Below are positions 48,768-57,647 of a DNA stretch of 60,520 nt, in pieces. Origin of the DNA: an uncultured virus (IMG/VR IMGVR_UViG_3300036406_001455) (taxonomy: Duplodnaviria; Heunggongvirae; Uroviricota; Caudoviricetes); IMG/VR virus record IMGVR_UViG_3300036406_001455; one strand, written 5' to 3'. Numbering within the stretch: the first letter of the stretch is position 1; every line of letters begins with the position of its first letter. A model generated the notes under the pieces. The model did not search any database. It was not told the DNA's origin and worked only from the letters and a program-made list of their open reading frames with translations. Both the position numbers and the translations under genes were made by a program.

Positions 48768-49070
48768 CTACCCCCCGACGGCGTTGGCGATGGCCAGCAG
48801 CTGCCGACGGTACTTCATGGCGAGCGCCCGAGCCGCAGCTACGCGGTCCGGTTTGATGCGACCTCCGGCGAGGACGTGACGCGCGAAGCGGGATCCCGCG
48901 GCGGCATCGCTGGCGGAGAACCCAATGTTGTTGCGGTGGATGGTCTTCAGCCCTGACTGCTCGACCGCGCTTTGCCGTTGGTAGATGGCCACCAAGCCCC
49001 GCGCCACGGCTTGTTCGCTACGTTCAAGCAAGGCCACGATTTCTTTTTCGTTCCAGACTTTCTGCGGCAT
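48768..49070 (-). CDS. Conserved hypothetical phage protein
   Basis: LVAIYQRQ...NNIGFSASDA...KYRRQL. Confidence 0.7.
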   Translation of the reverse strand: MPQKVWNEKEIVALLERSEQAVARGLVAIYQRQSAVEQSGLKTIHRNNIGFSASDAAAGSRFARHVLAGGRIKPDRVAAARALAMKYRRQLLAIANAVGG

Positions 49071-49150
49071 TCCTGCTCTATATCATAGTTCTATACAACA
49101 GGCAAACACGATCTATTGCGCCCCACCGCATCGTGGTTAGCCTCGCTTCC

Positions 49151-50170
49151 ATGCGGCTTGTAGTGGTTGAGGAACAAGCACTGGTCGAGCTGATACAGCG
49201 CGCGGTGCAAGACGCCATAGCTGCGCGTGGCTTTGTGGTTGCCCCCGCACCAGAGCCGGGAGCCGCAACCGCCGACGCGAAGGCTCCACCTTTTGCTGCG
49301 CCGGACCCTGAGCCCGTGTCGAGCACCGACGCGCCGCTCTTCCCGCAACACTTGGATGTTGCGGAATGGCACATTTACCTCGTGGACAACGGGCAGCGTG
49401 TAGCCGAAGTCGCCGCGACTGCTACACACGCGCACGTCCAGACGGCTGTTGCCGCTGCGGTTGGCAGCGCCCTCGGGCTGCTGGATTGCGTCGCGCTACC
49501 TCGCTATGCCGGGGAGGAGTACGCCCGAGACGTGCATCCACAGCGATTCTCGGTTGATACGTCGGAGGCAGTTGCACGCAGCGCTGCTCACAGCCGCACC
49601 GCTCGGCAAAAGCTGGCAGCATCCGCACGGCAAGCCTGGGCGCGTCGCGCGCGGTCCGCGGCGGAGGCCCCGGCACCAACAGCCTTCTTCTCGCCGGTGC
49701 CCGAAGGTGTAGAGACGTGGGCGCTGGACGTGGATGGCGTCGAGGTCGCACGAGTCCCGGCGGGGGCCACACTGGTCGAGGTTGCCACTGCCATGCAGCC
49801 CTGGCTAACTTCGACACCCCTACCGGTGGCAGCTGTCCCCGTCGCCCCCGACATCCTGGACTTTGATACCGGCGTGCACCGGCGGGTCTTCTCGTTGACA
49901 CTGGAAGACACCGCGCCGCCGCGCTTCGCCCCTACGACGCCTCACCCGTGGCTGAGCATCGAAGCCGCGCCGTGGTTGCCCCCTACCCGGGTTCCGGCAT
50001 ACAGCACCCGCCGCGAAGTGGTGCTCCACGTGTGCGCTGTTGCAGCCTCGGAATGGCTCGACGAAGTGCGCACGCACGGCCTGACCCTCAACGTTCAACC
50101 CCTGAATGCCGCATTGCTCCCCGTGGATGCCGCGTTCACCGTCTCCCTGTTCCCGCCGGAGTTTCGATGA
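49151..50170 (+). CDS. Hypothetical protein
   Basis: 339 aa; internal repeat (DNGQRVAEVAATAT / DGVEVARVPAGAT). Confidence 0.6.
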   Translation: MRLVVVEEQALVELIQRAVQDAIAARGFVVAPAPEPGAATADAKAPPFAAPDPEPVSSTDAPLFPQHLDVAEWHIYLVDNGQRVAEVAATATHAHVQTAVAAAVGSALGLLDCVALPRYAGEEYARDVHPQRFSVDTSEAVARSAAHSRTARQKLAASARQAWARRARSAAEAPAPTAFFSPVPEGVETWALDVDGVEVARVPAGATLVEVATAMQPWLTSTPLPVAAVPVAPDILDFDTGVHRRVFSLTLEDTAPPRFAPTTPHPWLSIEAAPWLPPTRVPAYSTRREVVLHVCAVAASEWLDEVRTHGLTLNVQPLNAALLPVDAAFTVSLFPPEFR

Positions 50171-50541
50171 TCGAGTTGCCCGAGTTCATGAATGGCCGCC
50201 TGGTCGAGCGCACCTACGCCCGCGCCATGGCTCTGCAAAACATGGGGGACCGGGATGCCTATGCCCGGAGGATCATGGAGCAGGGCCTGCGCCGCGCTCG
50301 TGCTCGTGACGCGCGGACACTGCTCTTCTTGGAGAAGGGCACGGACTACCTGCAACATCGCAACGACGAGCAGAAGTCGCGCTTTGCGCAGGAAGGGCAC
50401 GAGGGCCAAAACTACGAGTTCACCGAGTTCGGCACGTGGCGTGAAGCATACCTGCTCATGATGGAGCCCAACGCGCACGCCGATGTGAAGATGGAGGTGT
50501 TTCGCTGGGTGTACGCCGCGGTGGCCGAAGCGCTGCTGTAG
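50167..50541 (+). CDS. Hypothetical protein
   Basis: ATGA-coupled, GGAG SD. Confidence 0.6.
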   Translation: MIELPEFMNGRLVERTYARAMALQNMGDRDAYARRIMEQGLRRARARDARTLLFLEKGTDYLQHRNDEQKSRFAQEGHEGQNYEFTEFGTWREAYLLMMEPNAHADVKMEVFRWVYAAVAEALL

Positions 50542-50583
50542 GTCCATGTACTGTCAGGCGCGCCCAAACTTGATGGGCTCCTC

Positions 50584-50613
50584 TTGACAGCGACCCGCAT
50601 TCCAGAGTAGCTT
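50584..50613 (+). promoter_or_regulatory. Sigma70-like promoter TTGACA-N18-TAGCTT
   Basis: Upstream of AGGAG and ATG 50658; heads the second NP block. Confidence 0.55.
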
Positions 50614-50657
50614 CATCGTGGGCGCCGAGTCGTTGCAACACAGGAGCAACGACGGGC

Positions 50658-52094
50658 ATGACTTTCTTCAACTTCATCGGGTTCGGCGACAACGGCGACC
50701 TTGGCCGCCGCCAGAAGAATGCCTCCGGGATGCGTGCGCTGAAGCAGCGACACGACAAGCTGCTCGCGGACTGGAATCGGCTCAAGCTGGCGGCGGCTCA
50801 CGCCCCGCTGTGGGAGAAGCCCCAGCGTTACGCCGAGGCCCGAAAGGTCAGCGGCCAGCTCATCGCGGTACGCAAGAAGATGGAAGCCGTGAAACGCGCC
50901 GCCCGCTCCGGGCGGCGTGGCGGTGCGGGGAACAACGCGCCGCAGCCGCTCAAGACGCGGCTGCAGGCCCTGTTGTCGCCCACCCAGGAGGTGCCGGGCG
51001 ACGTGGTGGAGAACGAGGACTCGACGGCCGGGCTGGGCGCTGCCCCGAGCCCCTTCGCCATCCAGCAGAAGATCGACACGCTTCTGAAGATGCGCGACGC
51101 GTCGCTACGCGCCGAAGCGAACTACCGGCGGCTTGCGAGCGCTGAGGTGGCGCGCAAGGGGCTGCTCTGGGAGGTCCGGTACAAGGACTTGATGCAGAAG
51201 GCCGCACGGTCCGCCGCGAATGCACGTAAGCGGGCCAACGAAATCGCTCAGCTGCGCATGCGCCAGCGTGCGTCCACGGTCAAGCCGCTCTCGACGCCGG
51301 TTCGCGACACGGTGGTGGCCGCGTACAACAAGCACAAGACGATTACATCGCCCTACCGCCCGCCAGGCGCGACGGTACACCCGGTGACGCGTGAGTGGCT
51401 CAAGGTACCCGACGTGATGGAGAAGGCCATCGTCACGCAGAGCACCGCGCCCACGCTGTTCCGGCACTACGACGGGCTCCTGCGCAAGCACGACGGCCGC
51501 ATGAGTCCGGAGGTCCGCGCGCGCTTCATCAGGCGTCGCGCACTGGCAGCGCAGCTCGCCCGGCTGCAGGCCCGCGCGCAGGGCGAGGCGTTCGTCCCCT
51601 CGGCTGCGCGCACCGTTCCCACGGCCAACGCCACGCTGCTGGCACAGATCGCTGAGCAGCGTGCTCGGTTCGAACGCGCCCGTCGCGCCAAGAACTACGC
51701 GGAGTCCACGCGCACCGCCGAAATCATCTCGAAGCTGGAAGCCCAGCTGCGTGCACTCCAGAGCCAGCAACAGGTCGCGCCCACGGTCGCCGATGTCCCT
51801 GTGTCACCGCCCCAGGTGCCTTACAGCCCGCTGGCACCAGTGGAATACACCGCGGCCAAGCTGGCGCCCCCGGGGGCCTCGGCCGAGGCAGACGCCGACG
51901 CCGTGACGGACGCGGACGCGGCTACCGACACCTACGACACCGAAGACACCGACATCGCCCCGACGCCCTGGTACAAGAGCCCCTTCGCCATTGTGGGAGG
52001 AATCGCAGCCATCGCGGTTGCAGCAATCTACGCAAGGGGGCAGAAGGGAAAGAAGGGTCAGGGTGGCGGTACGCACTCCGCGGCGCACACCTGA
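50658..52094 (+). CDS. Basic helical protein with C-terminal membrane anchor, putative virion protein
   Basis: PWYKSPFAIVGGIAAIAVAAIYARGQKGKK. Confidence 0.8.
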   Translation: MTFFNFIGFGDNGDLGRRQKNASGMRALKQRHDKLLADWNRLKLAAAHAPLWEKPQRYAEARKVSGQLIAVRKKMEAVKRAARSGRRGGAGNNAPQPLKTRLQALLSPTQEVPGDVVENEDSTAGLGAAPSPFAIQQKIDTLLKMRDASLRAEANYRRLASAEVARKGLLWEVRYKDLMQKAARSAANARKRANEIAQLRMRQRASTVKPLSTPVRDTVVAAYNKHKTITSPYRPPGATVHPVTREWLKVPDVMEKAIVTQSTAPTLFRHYDGLLRKHDGRMSPEVRARFIRRRALAAQLARLQARAQGEAFVPSAARTVPTANATLLAQIAEQRARFERARRAKNYAESTRTAEIISKLEAQLRALQSQQQVAPTVADVPVSPPQVPYSPLAPVEYTAAKLAPPGASAEADADAVTDADAATDTYDTEDTDIAPTPWYKSPFAIVGGIAAIAVAAIYARGQKGKKGQGGGTHSAAHT

Positions 52095-52110
52095 CAGGTA
52101 GGAGTCGATC

Positions 52111-52353
52111 ATGTGGAGCTTGCTTACCGATCTCGCGGGAACGGCCAACAAGGGAATCAAGGCAGCCATCGCCAGCTACCGCCCGGGGTGCACCCCCGGC
52201 GACATGTCGGTGGTCATCCTCGGACACATCAAGGGTTGGGAGCCCAAGTACAAGGACCAGCCCGTGCTGACGCAGGGACTCCGGGTCAAGCTGGCTGGTG
52301 CGCTTGGCGAACTGGCATTCAACCTCGCGGTCATCGACGCGAAAAAGGGGTAG
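52111..52353 (+). CDS. Small hypothetical protein
   Basis: AGGAG SD, 80 aa. Confidence 0.65.
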   Translation: MWSLLTDLAGTANKGIKAAIASYRPGCTPGDMSVVILGHIKGWEPKYKDQPVLTQGLRVKLAGALGELAFNLAVIDAKKG

Positions 52354-52354
52354 C

Positions 52355-53701
52355 ATGAAGCGCCGCATCCAGAACCACGCACAGGCTGACATCCAGAGGC
52401 AGCTTTCGCTTGCTGGCCAGGCGGTCAAGGAAGCGAACGCCATCTATCGCCGCGGGGGCGAGCCCCAGGCATTGGACATGCTTCAGCGTTTGCTGTTCCG
52501 GATGGGGGCGCTCAACGCCATCGCCACGGACTCGACGGTGTCCAGCGGCAGCCACCTGTGGATGCGCGTGCAGGGCGCGCAGTCCGCTGTGGGCGATGCC
52601 ATCGACAAGATGCGTCGCACCGCCGGGGTGGTCGCGCCTCGGGAGCGCTACTACAAGGCACCGGGCGTCAAGCTCAGGGGCGAGTTGAAGCGCGAAGTGC
52701 GACTCCAATCCCGCGTCGCCAACCCGGCGGCGTTGGACTTCCCTGTAGCCATGATCGAAGACACCAAGGCCACGGGGTTGTGGGTAGACCGCCACGGGCA
52801 GCCGCGCCACCCGCTCAACGCCAACTTCACGGTCCACGGCCCGTTCAAGGACGGCCAACCCCACCCGAAGGCCGTAGCCGCCCAGGCGCGCGTGGCGGCC
52901 ATCGTAACCGAGCACCAGGCCCGCGACGGTGGTTCGAAGCCGACGGATGATGCGATCGACGCGTTGACCCGGGCGCTGTTGAAAGCACGAGTGATGGGCA
53001 CCGACAGCCAGATCGAGCGCTTCGCCAAGCAGGCGCTCAAAGCCAAGAAGAACCCGCGGACCGGCGCGAGCAAGCGCAAAGCCGCGCGCGTGTCCAATCC
53101 GGACATCTTCGCGTACACCGACGTGAACAAGTACCTCAAGGCCGTGAAGGCGGAGCGGCGCAAGGCACTCAAGGGCACCCGCATCGTGTGGGACGTGGGT
53201 AGCGTCGGTGGTGTGAAGACGTGGACTGGCCACGCGCACGGCGCAATGGTCATAATCTACGCGCCGTACGGCGGCAGCGATCTGTACCAAGTCTACGCGG
53301 CGAAACAGGGCAAGGGTCATGGAGAGCACTTCTCCAACGCCAAGAGCATCGCTGAAGCGAAGCGGGTGGGCGTGGAAGCCGCCGGGTACTACGGCGGTGT
53401 GGCGTCCAACGCCATGGGCAAGATGAAGACCAACCCGAAACTGCCGGTGAAGGCCGGCAGCTTCGATGCACCGGTAAAGCACCGCAGCGGGTGGGGGTAC
53501 TACCGCCTGACGCAGCGCCGTGACGACGGTGCGCTGGACAAGGGGGCGACGTTCTACGCCCCGGACGACGACGCCGCTCGGGCGTACGTCCCCAAGTGCG
53601 TGTACGACGGCTCGCAAGCTGTGCGCCTCGAACGCGCCCGACCCTACGACACCGAGCGCTCTCAGGCAGCATGGACCGCAAAGTATCGAGGTGCACGATG
53701 A
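52355..53701 (+). CDS. NP-motif modular protein 10 (4 NP)
   Basis: VANP, KKNP, VSNP, KTNP. Confidence 0.8.
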   Translation: MKRRIQNHAQADIQRQLSLAGQAVKEANAIYRRGGEPQALDMLQRLLFRMGALNAIATDSTVSSGSHLWMRVQGAQSAVGDAIDKMRRTAGVVAPRERYYKAPGVKLRGELKREVRLQSRVANPAALDFPVAMIEDTKATGLWVDRHGQPRHPLNANFTVHGPFKDGQPHPKAVAAQARVAAIVTEHQARDGGSKPTDDAIDALTRALLKARVMGTDSQIERFAKQALKAKKNPRTGASKRKAARVSNPDIFAYTDVNKYLKAVKAERRKALKGTRIVWDVGSVGGVKTWTGHAHGAMVIIYAPYGGSDLYQVYAAKQGKGHGEHFSNAKSIAEAKRVGVEAAGYYGGVASNAMGKMKTNPKLPVKAGSFDAPVKHRSGWGYYRLTQRRDDGALDKGATFYAPDDDAARAYVPKCVYDGSQAVRLERARPYDTERSQAAWTAKYRGAR

Positions 53702-55023
53702 GGCCGCGCCGTAATCCCGAAGGCCACATCCCGCCGAAGACGTGGCTGAAGCTCGTGGGCGCGTTGCAAGACGCCCGTGCAGCAGGCAATCAGTGGGTTG
53801 CCGCGGGCAAGCCGCGCCCCAGCCCGCTCTACGACACGTTCAATCGGGCCGACCGCGAACTTCTCCGTATGGAGGAGGAGGCGCGGTGGCCCTACAACGG
53901 AAGCCCCGAGCAGCGGAAGGAGTGGTCCTACTGGCAGCGCCACTACGACACCAAGGAGAACCCTGCGAGGGGCGCGCGCGTGTCGAACCCGGGCGCATGG
54001 GTGGATGGCGACACCACCTCAGTGATGTCGCAGGGGCACCATGGCCGCATCCTGGTCACGAACGTCAAGCGCTACGTGGACCGCTGGGTTGTGGAGCCGA
54101 AGAAGGGCTGGTATGCCATCTACGTCCATGACGAACCCGCGGCTGGCGGGGGCAAGCAGCCCACCACGCTCGGCAACGCGGGGCCGTACACCACACGCGG
54201 CGCTGCCAAGGCGGCAGGTACGCGGCGCTGGAAGACGTGGGGCAGCGCCAGCCCGCTCCGGAACCCCAGGGCCGCGGGCAAGCGCCCCGGCGACCCGTTC
54301 GCAGCCGTTCGTCGCGCCGCCGCCAAGGAAGCCCAGCGCTTCGTGGTCGAGGGGCCGGCGCCCACCTCGAAGCGCTATGGCAGCTCCTGGGGCAAGGTCA
54401 TCGACTCGGCCTACAAAGTCTACGAGAAGCATCGGATCGAGAGCGGCGTGTTGCTCCCGGTCGACGATGTTGTAGCCGAAATCCGTGCAATCCGCGAACG
54501 TGCGGAGAGCGACCGCCGCGCGAAGAACGAGAAGGAAAGCCTGGAGGCCGAACGCGAGTACCGGTACCAGCAGTTCCAGAAGGACAGGGCCTCCCCGTAT
54601 CGGAACCCGAAGACCGCGCGCTGGCAGGACATGCAGGTCTCGCCCGACTACTACGTGGGCGGTGACGGCAGTTCGTGGAACGTGTTCAACGGCGGGGTGC
54701 CCATCAGCGTGCATCGCACGCGTGCGGACGCTGAAGCGCACTTCCGTCGCGTGTTCCCTGCGCAGACGCTCCATGTGTACTCGAACGGTAGGTGGCTCAC
54801 CGGTCAGCCAGCGGGCGTGAACACCTGGCAGCAGGTGGACGCCGCGAAGAAGCGCCAGGCCAAGAACCCCGGGAAGGTGTTCAGGGTTCGCGCCATGGTT
54901 CCTGGAGCCGCGTCCTGCATCGTGTCGACTCACGCCACGCGGCAGCGCGCGAACGCGGCCGCGCGAAAGCACAAGAAGGGGCACCCGCACCTGCGGGTCT
55001 ACGTTGCGGAGTCCGCCGCATGA
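53698..55023 (+). CDS. NP-motif modular protein 11 (6 NP)
   Basis: MRPRRNP, KENP, VSNP, LRNP, YRNP, AKNP. Confidence 0.85.
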   Translation: MRPRRNPEGHIPPKTWLKLVGALQDARAAGNQWVAAGKPRPSPLYDTFNRADRELLRMEEEARWPYNGSPEQRKEWSYWQRHYDTKENPARGARVSNPGAWVDGDTTSVMSQGHHGRILVTNVKRYVDRWVVEPKKGWYAIYVHDEPAAGGGKQPTTLGNAGPYTTRGAAKAAGTRRWKTWGSASPLRNPRAAGKRPGDPFAAVRRAAAKEAQRFVVEGPAPTSKRYGSSWGKVIDSAYKVYEKHRIESGVLLPVDDVVAEIRAIRERAESDRRAKNEKESLEAEREYRYQQFQKDRASPYRNPKTARWQDMQVSPDYYVGGDGSSWNVFNGGVPISVHRTRADAEAHFRRVFPAQTLHVYSNGRWLTGQPAGVNTWQQVDAAKKRQAKNPGKVFRVRAMVPGAASCIVSTHATRQRANAAARKHKKGHPHLRVYVAESAA

Positions 55024-55580
55024 AGCCCTACAAGCACGCCACCGAAGTCCAAACGCTGATATTCGACGCCGACCTGTACACGGTCAAGCGTGCGAAGGCG
55101 TGGGCGCGTGCGCACAAGTTTCGCTACGGCTCCGTAGACGAAAAGCCGAACACCATCCGGCTGCGTCAGCACGATCCAAGCGAGTATCGCCCGAGCACCT
55201 TCCGGACCATCGCGCTGGGCGACGGGGGCGTGAAGGCTGTGGTTGGCGTGCCACTCCGTGCCGCAGCGGCCACTCGGCCAGCAGGCTACGACTCCCGGGG
55301 GCCGCGGGCGAACCCTCACGTCTCTACCAGCCGTGCTCGGGGTATCGTAAAGCTGGCCGCCAAGGGCGCACGGCTGAAATCCATCAAGAGCTGGCTTACG
55401 CTCGACGAACGCGGCACCTGGGAACAGACAGCACGCAAGATGGTCGAATCCACCGCCGAGCGTGCCGCCGAACTGAACCTGACCGACGCGCAGGTAGATG
55501 AGCAGATTGCCATCATGCTCCGCCTGCAAGCCACCGAAGCCATGCTGCGCGACGCCAAGAAGCGCGAGGGGAAGCGATGA
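55020..55580 (+). CDS. NP-motif protein 12 (1 NP)
   Basis: Module VQTLIFD...AKAWARAH...RLRQHDP...FRTI..GVKAVVG, then RANP. Confidence 0.75.
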   Translation: MKPYKHATEVQTLIFDADLYTVKRAKAWARAHKFRYGSVDEKPNTIRLRQHDPSEYRPSTFRTIALGDGGVKAVVGVPLRAAAATRPAGYDSRGPRANPHVSTSRARGIVKLAAKGARLKSIKSWLTLDERGTWEQTARKMVESTAERAAELNLTDAQVDEQIAIMLRLQATEAMLRDAKKREGKR

Positions 55581-56581
55581 CCCAAGATACGGACCACTGG
55601 CTCCTCGTGCTCGTGTCAACCATGCCCGACGGCTATCGCCGCGCGGACGCGGATAGGCGCGTAAACGGATCACGCGAGCAGGCAAAGACCGTGGCGCAGC
55701 GTTGGGCTGACGACCAAATTCATGCGCAGCACGACGGCTGGCGCTACCACGTGGACGCCTACGACTATGTGCAATGGCGGGAGTCCAACAACCCGCGGCC
55801 GCTGTTCACCGTGAAGCCGTCCAAGGCGCGCGCGGCGGCTGCCGACAAGGCGTACCGCGCGGAGGAAGCCCGGCGTTCCCACGATTGGGATACCTATTTC
55901 AAGCTCACGAAGGCGCACAAGAAGAACCCGCGCCGTGTCGCACCTGATGCGGTTTACGCGGACCAAGACCCGATTTCGAAGAACTGGCTCGTACGCGTGG
56001 TGGAAGGGCAGCGCCACGTCGCGGTCACCGACGATTGGTACGCTTCGAAGGCTGCGGCGGAGCGTGAAGCTCAGCGTGTGCGAGGCTTGGTACGCGGCGG
56101 CATGACCGCGAGTCAGGTAGGCAGCGAGCTGCATCGCGGCGCTCACAAGAAGAACCCGCGCCGTGTCGCCGTGGGCGCCCGGGTCCAGGACGAGTACGGC
56201 AACCTCGGCGTGGTCGAGGAGGCGCCCAAGCACCGGGGCGCCCATTACTGGGTGCAGTTCCCCGAGGGCCGCGCCTTCCTGCGCCCGTCCGAGTTGAAGC
56301 CCGTGCGCAAAAAGAACCCGTTCACCGGTAACGGCTGGACCGAGGAGAAAGCGTGGATACTCGCGGCGAAGGCAACCCCGCCCACGCCGTTCGGCGCCGC
56401 TCGCGCCGACGCCATCATTGCAGCGGCACGCAAGGGCGCCAGCGGGCCGTGGAGCGACCGGCTTACGCGGGTGATGTCCAAGGGCGAGTACGCCTACGTG
56501 GATCGCTTGTGGGCCACGATGCCGGGTAGCTACTCGTTCGTGAACACGTTGAACCACATCGCCCAAGGCGCCAAGCCATGA
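55577..56581 (+). CDS. NP-motif modular protein 13 (4 NP)
   Basis: HKKNPRRVA x2, RKKNP, SNNP. Confidence 0.8.
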   Translation: MTQDTDHWLLVLVSTMPDGYRRADADRRVNGSREQAKTVAQRWADDQIHAQHDGWRYHVDAYDYVQWRESNNPRPLFTVKPSKARAAAADKAYRAEEARRSHDWDTYFKLTKAHKKNPRRVAPDAVYADQDPISKNWLVRVVEGQRHVAVTDDWYASKAAAEREAQRVRGLVRGGMTASQVGSELHRGAHKKNPRRVAVGARVQDEYGNLGVVEEAPKHRGAHYWVQFPEGRAFLRPSELKPVRKKNPFTGNGWTEEKAWILAAKATPPTPFGAARADAIIAAARKGASGPWSDRLTRVMSKGEYAYVDRLWATMPGSYSFVNTLNHIAQGAKP

Positions 56582-57630
56582 AGCGCAACCCTTCCGCTCG
56601 CGATACGTTCAACCGGGCGCATCGGGCGCAGCGGGCGTGGACCACACGCCGCATCACCATGTCGGAGTACGACGCCGCAACTCGCCCGTTGAGCGCAGCG
56701 GTCAGCGCGGCTGAGTCGGCTCATCGGCAGTGGCGCACAGACGTGCCGATGCGCCTCGCGTGGAAGCGATACGAGGATGGCACGCACACCGCCTACCTCG
56801 GGGGCGGAACCTCCGTGGACGTGATGCCCGCCCCGCCCTTCATGACCCAGCGCGGATATGTGGTGGTGATCGACTCGCTCGGCATCGGTGGTGCTCCGCG
56901 GTACATCGAGCGCTCGGGCAGCAGCAACTACGGCACCGTAGGTCGTGACGACAACCGCGTGTTCGCGACCGTCGCCGAAGCCAAGCTGGCGGCAGCCCGC
57001 TACTTGCTCAAACGTCACCGGAGCATCGCTGGGCGCTCCACGGGCGAGCACCTGGGCGCCATCGAGCGAAAGCGGAACCCGAAGCGGAACCCGATGGAGG
57101 TCGACTTCATCCGCCGGCTCCCTGCGCTTGTGATCGTAGGAGCCAAGGGCAATCTTCTGCATGACGCGGTAGTCAAGGCTTACGCGGACTACTACGACTA
57201 CGAGCTGCCGCGACTTCGCATTGTGGTGACCGGTGCAGAGGGCCACACGCCGATGCAGATCGCCAGCGCCATTCACCGGAAGGTGTTGGCCGACGGCCGT
57301 GCAGGTGCACGGGCGAACCCTGGGAACGGGGCGCTCGTGCCCACCGTAGGCACCTTCTTGACTGTGCTCAAGTCCAAGCTCGTGCAGCACGACGAGAAGG
57401 AGAACCGGAAGCACTTCAACCTGTACCGTCTCGGGCACTATCTTCGCGCTGCCGAAGGGGTCCAAGCCAAGGTGAAGGCCCGCATCGACAAGTCGGACGC
57501 AGCCAGCTTCGAGCGGCTGAAGGCGGCCATCGCTGAACACTTCACGCTTCCGTTCTCGCCGGCCAGCGCAACGATTCGACAGATCGACGCGTACATGGCT
57601 ACCGGCAAAGCCCCATCCCTCACCAAGTAG
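56578..57630 (+). CDS. NP-motif modular protein 14 (4 NP)
   Basis: MKRNP, KRNPKRNPM, RANP. Confidence 0.8.
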   Translation: MKRNPSARDTFNRAHRAQRAWTTRRITMSEYDAATRPLSAAVSAAESAHRQWRTDVPMRLAWKRYEDGTHTAYLGGGTSVDVMPAPPFMTQRGYVVVIDSLGIGGAPRYIERSGSSNYGTVGRDDNRVFATVAEAKLAAARYLLKRHRSIAGRSTGEHLGAIERKRNPKRNPMEVDFIRRLPALVIVGAKGNLLHDAVVKAYADYYDYELPRLRIVVTGAEGHTPMQIASAIHRKVLADGRAGARANPGNGALVPTVGTFLTVLKSKLVQHDEKENRKHFNLYRLGHYLRAAEGVQAKVKARIDKSDAASFERLKAAIAEHFTLPFSPASATIRQIDAYMATGKAPSLTK

Positions 57631-57647
57631 CTTCAAGGCGGTACGTC

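Noticed and set aside
34423..57636. Many long minus-strand ORFs opposite the NP genes
   Set aside because: Shadow ORFs; the plus-strand genes tile with stop/start overlaps and share the NP motif.
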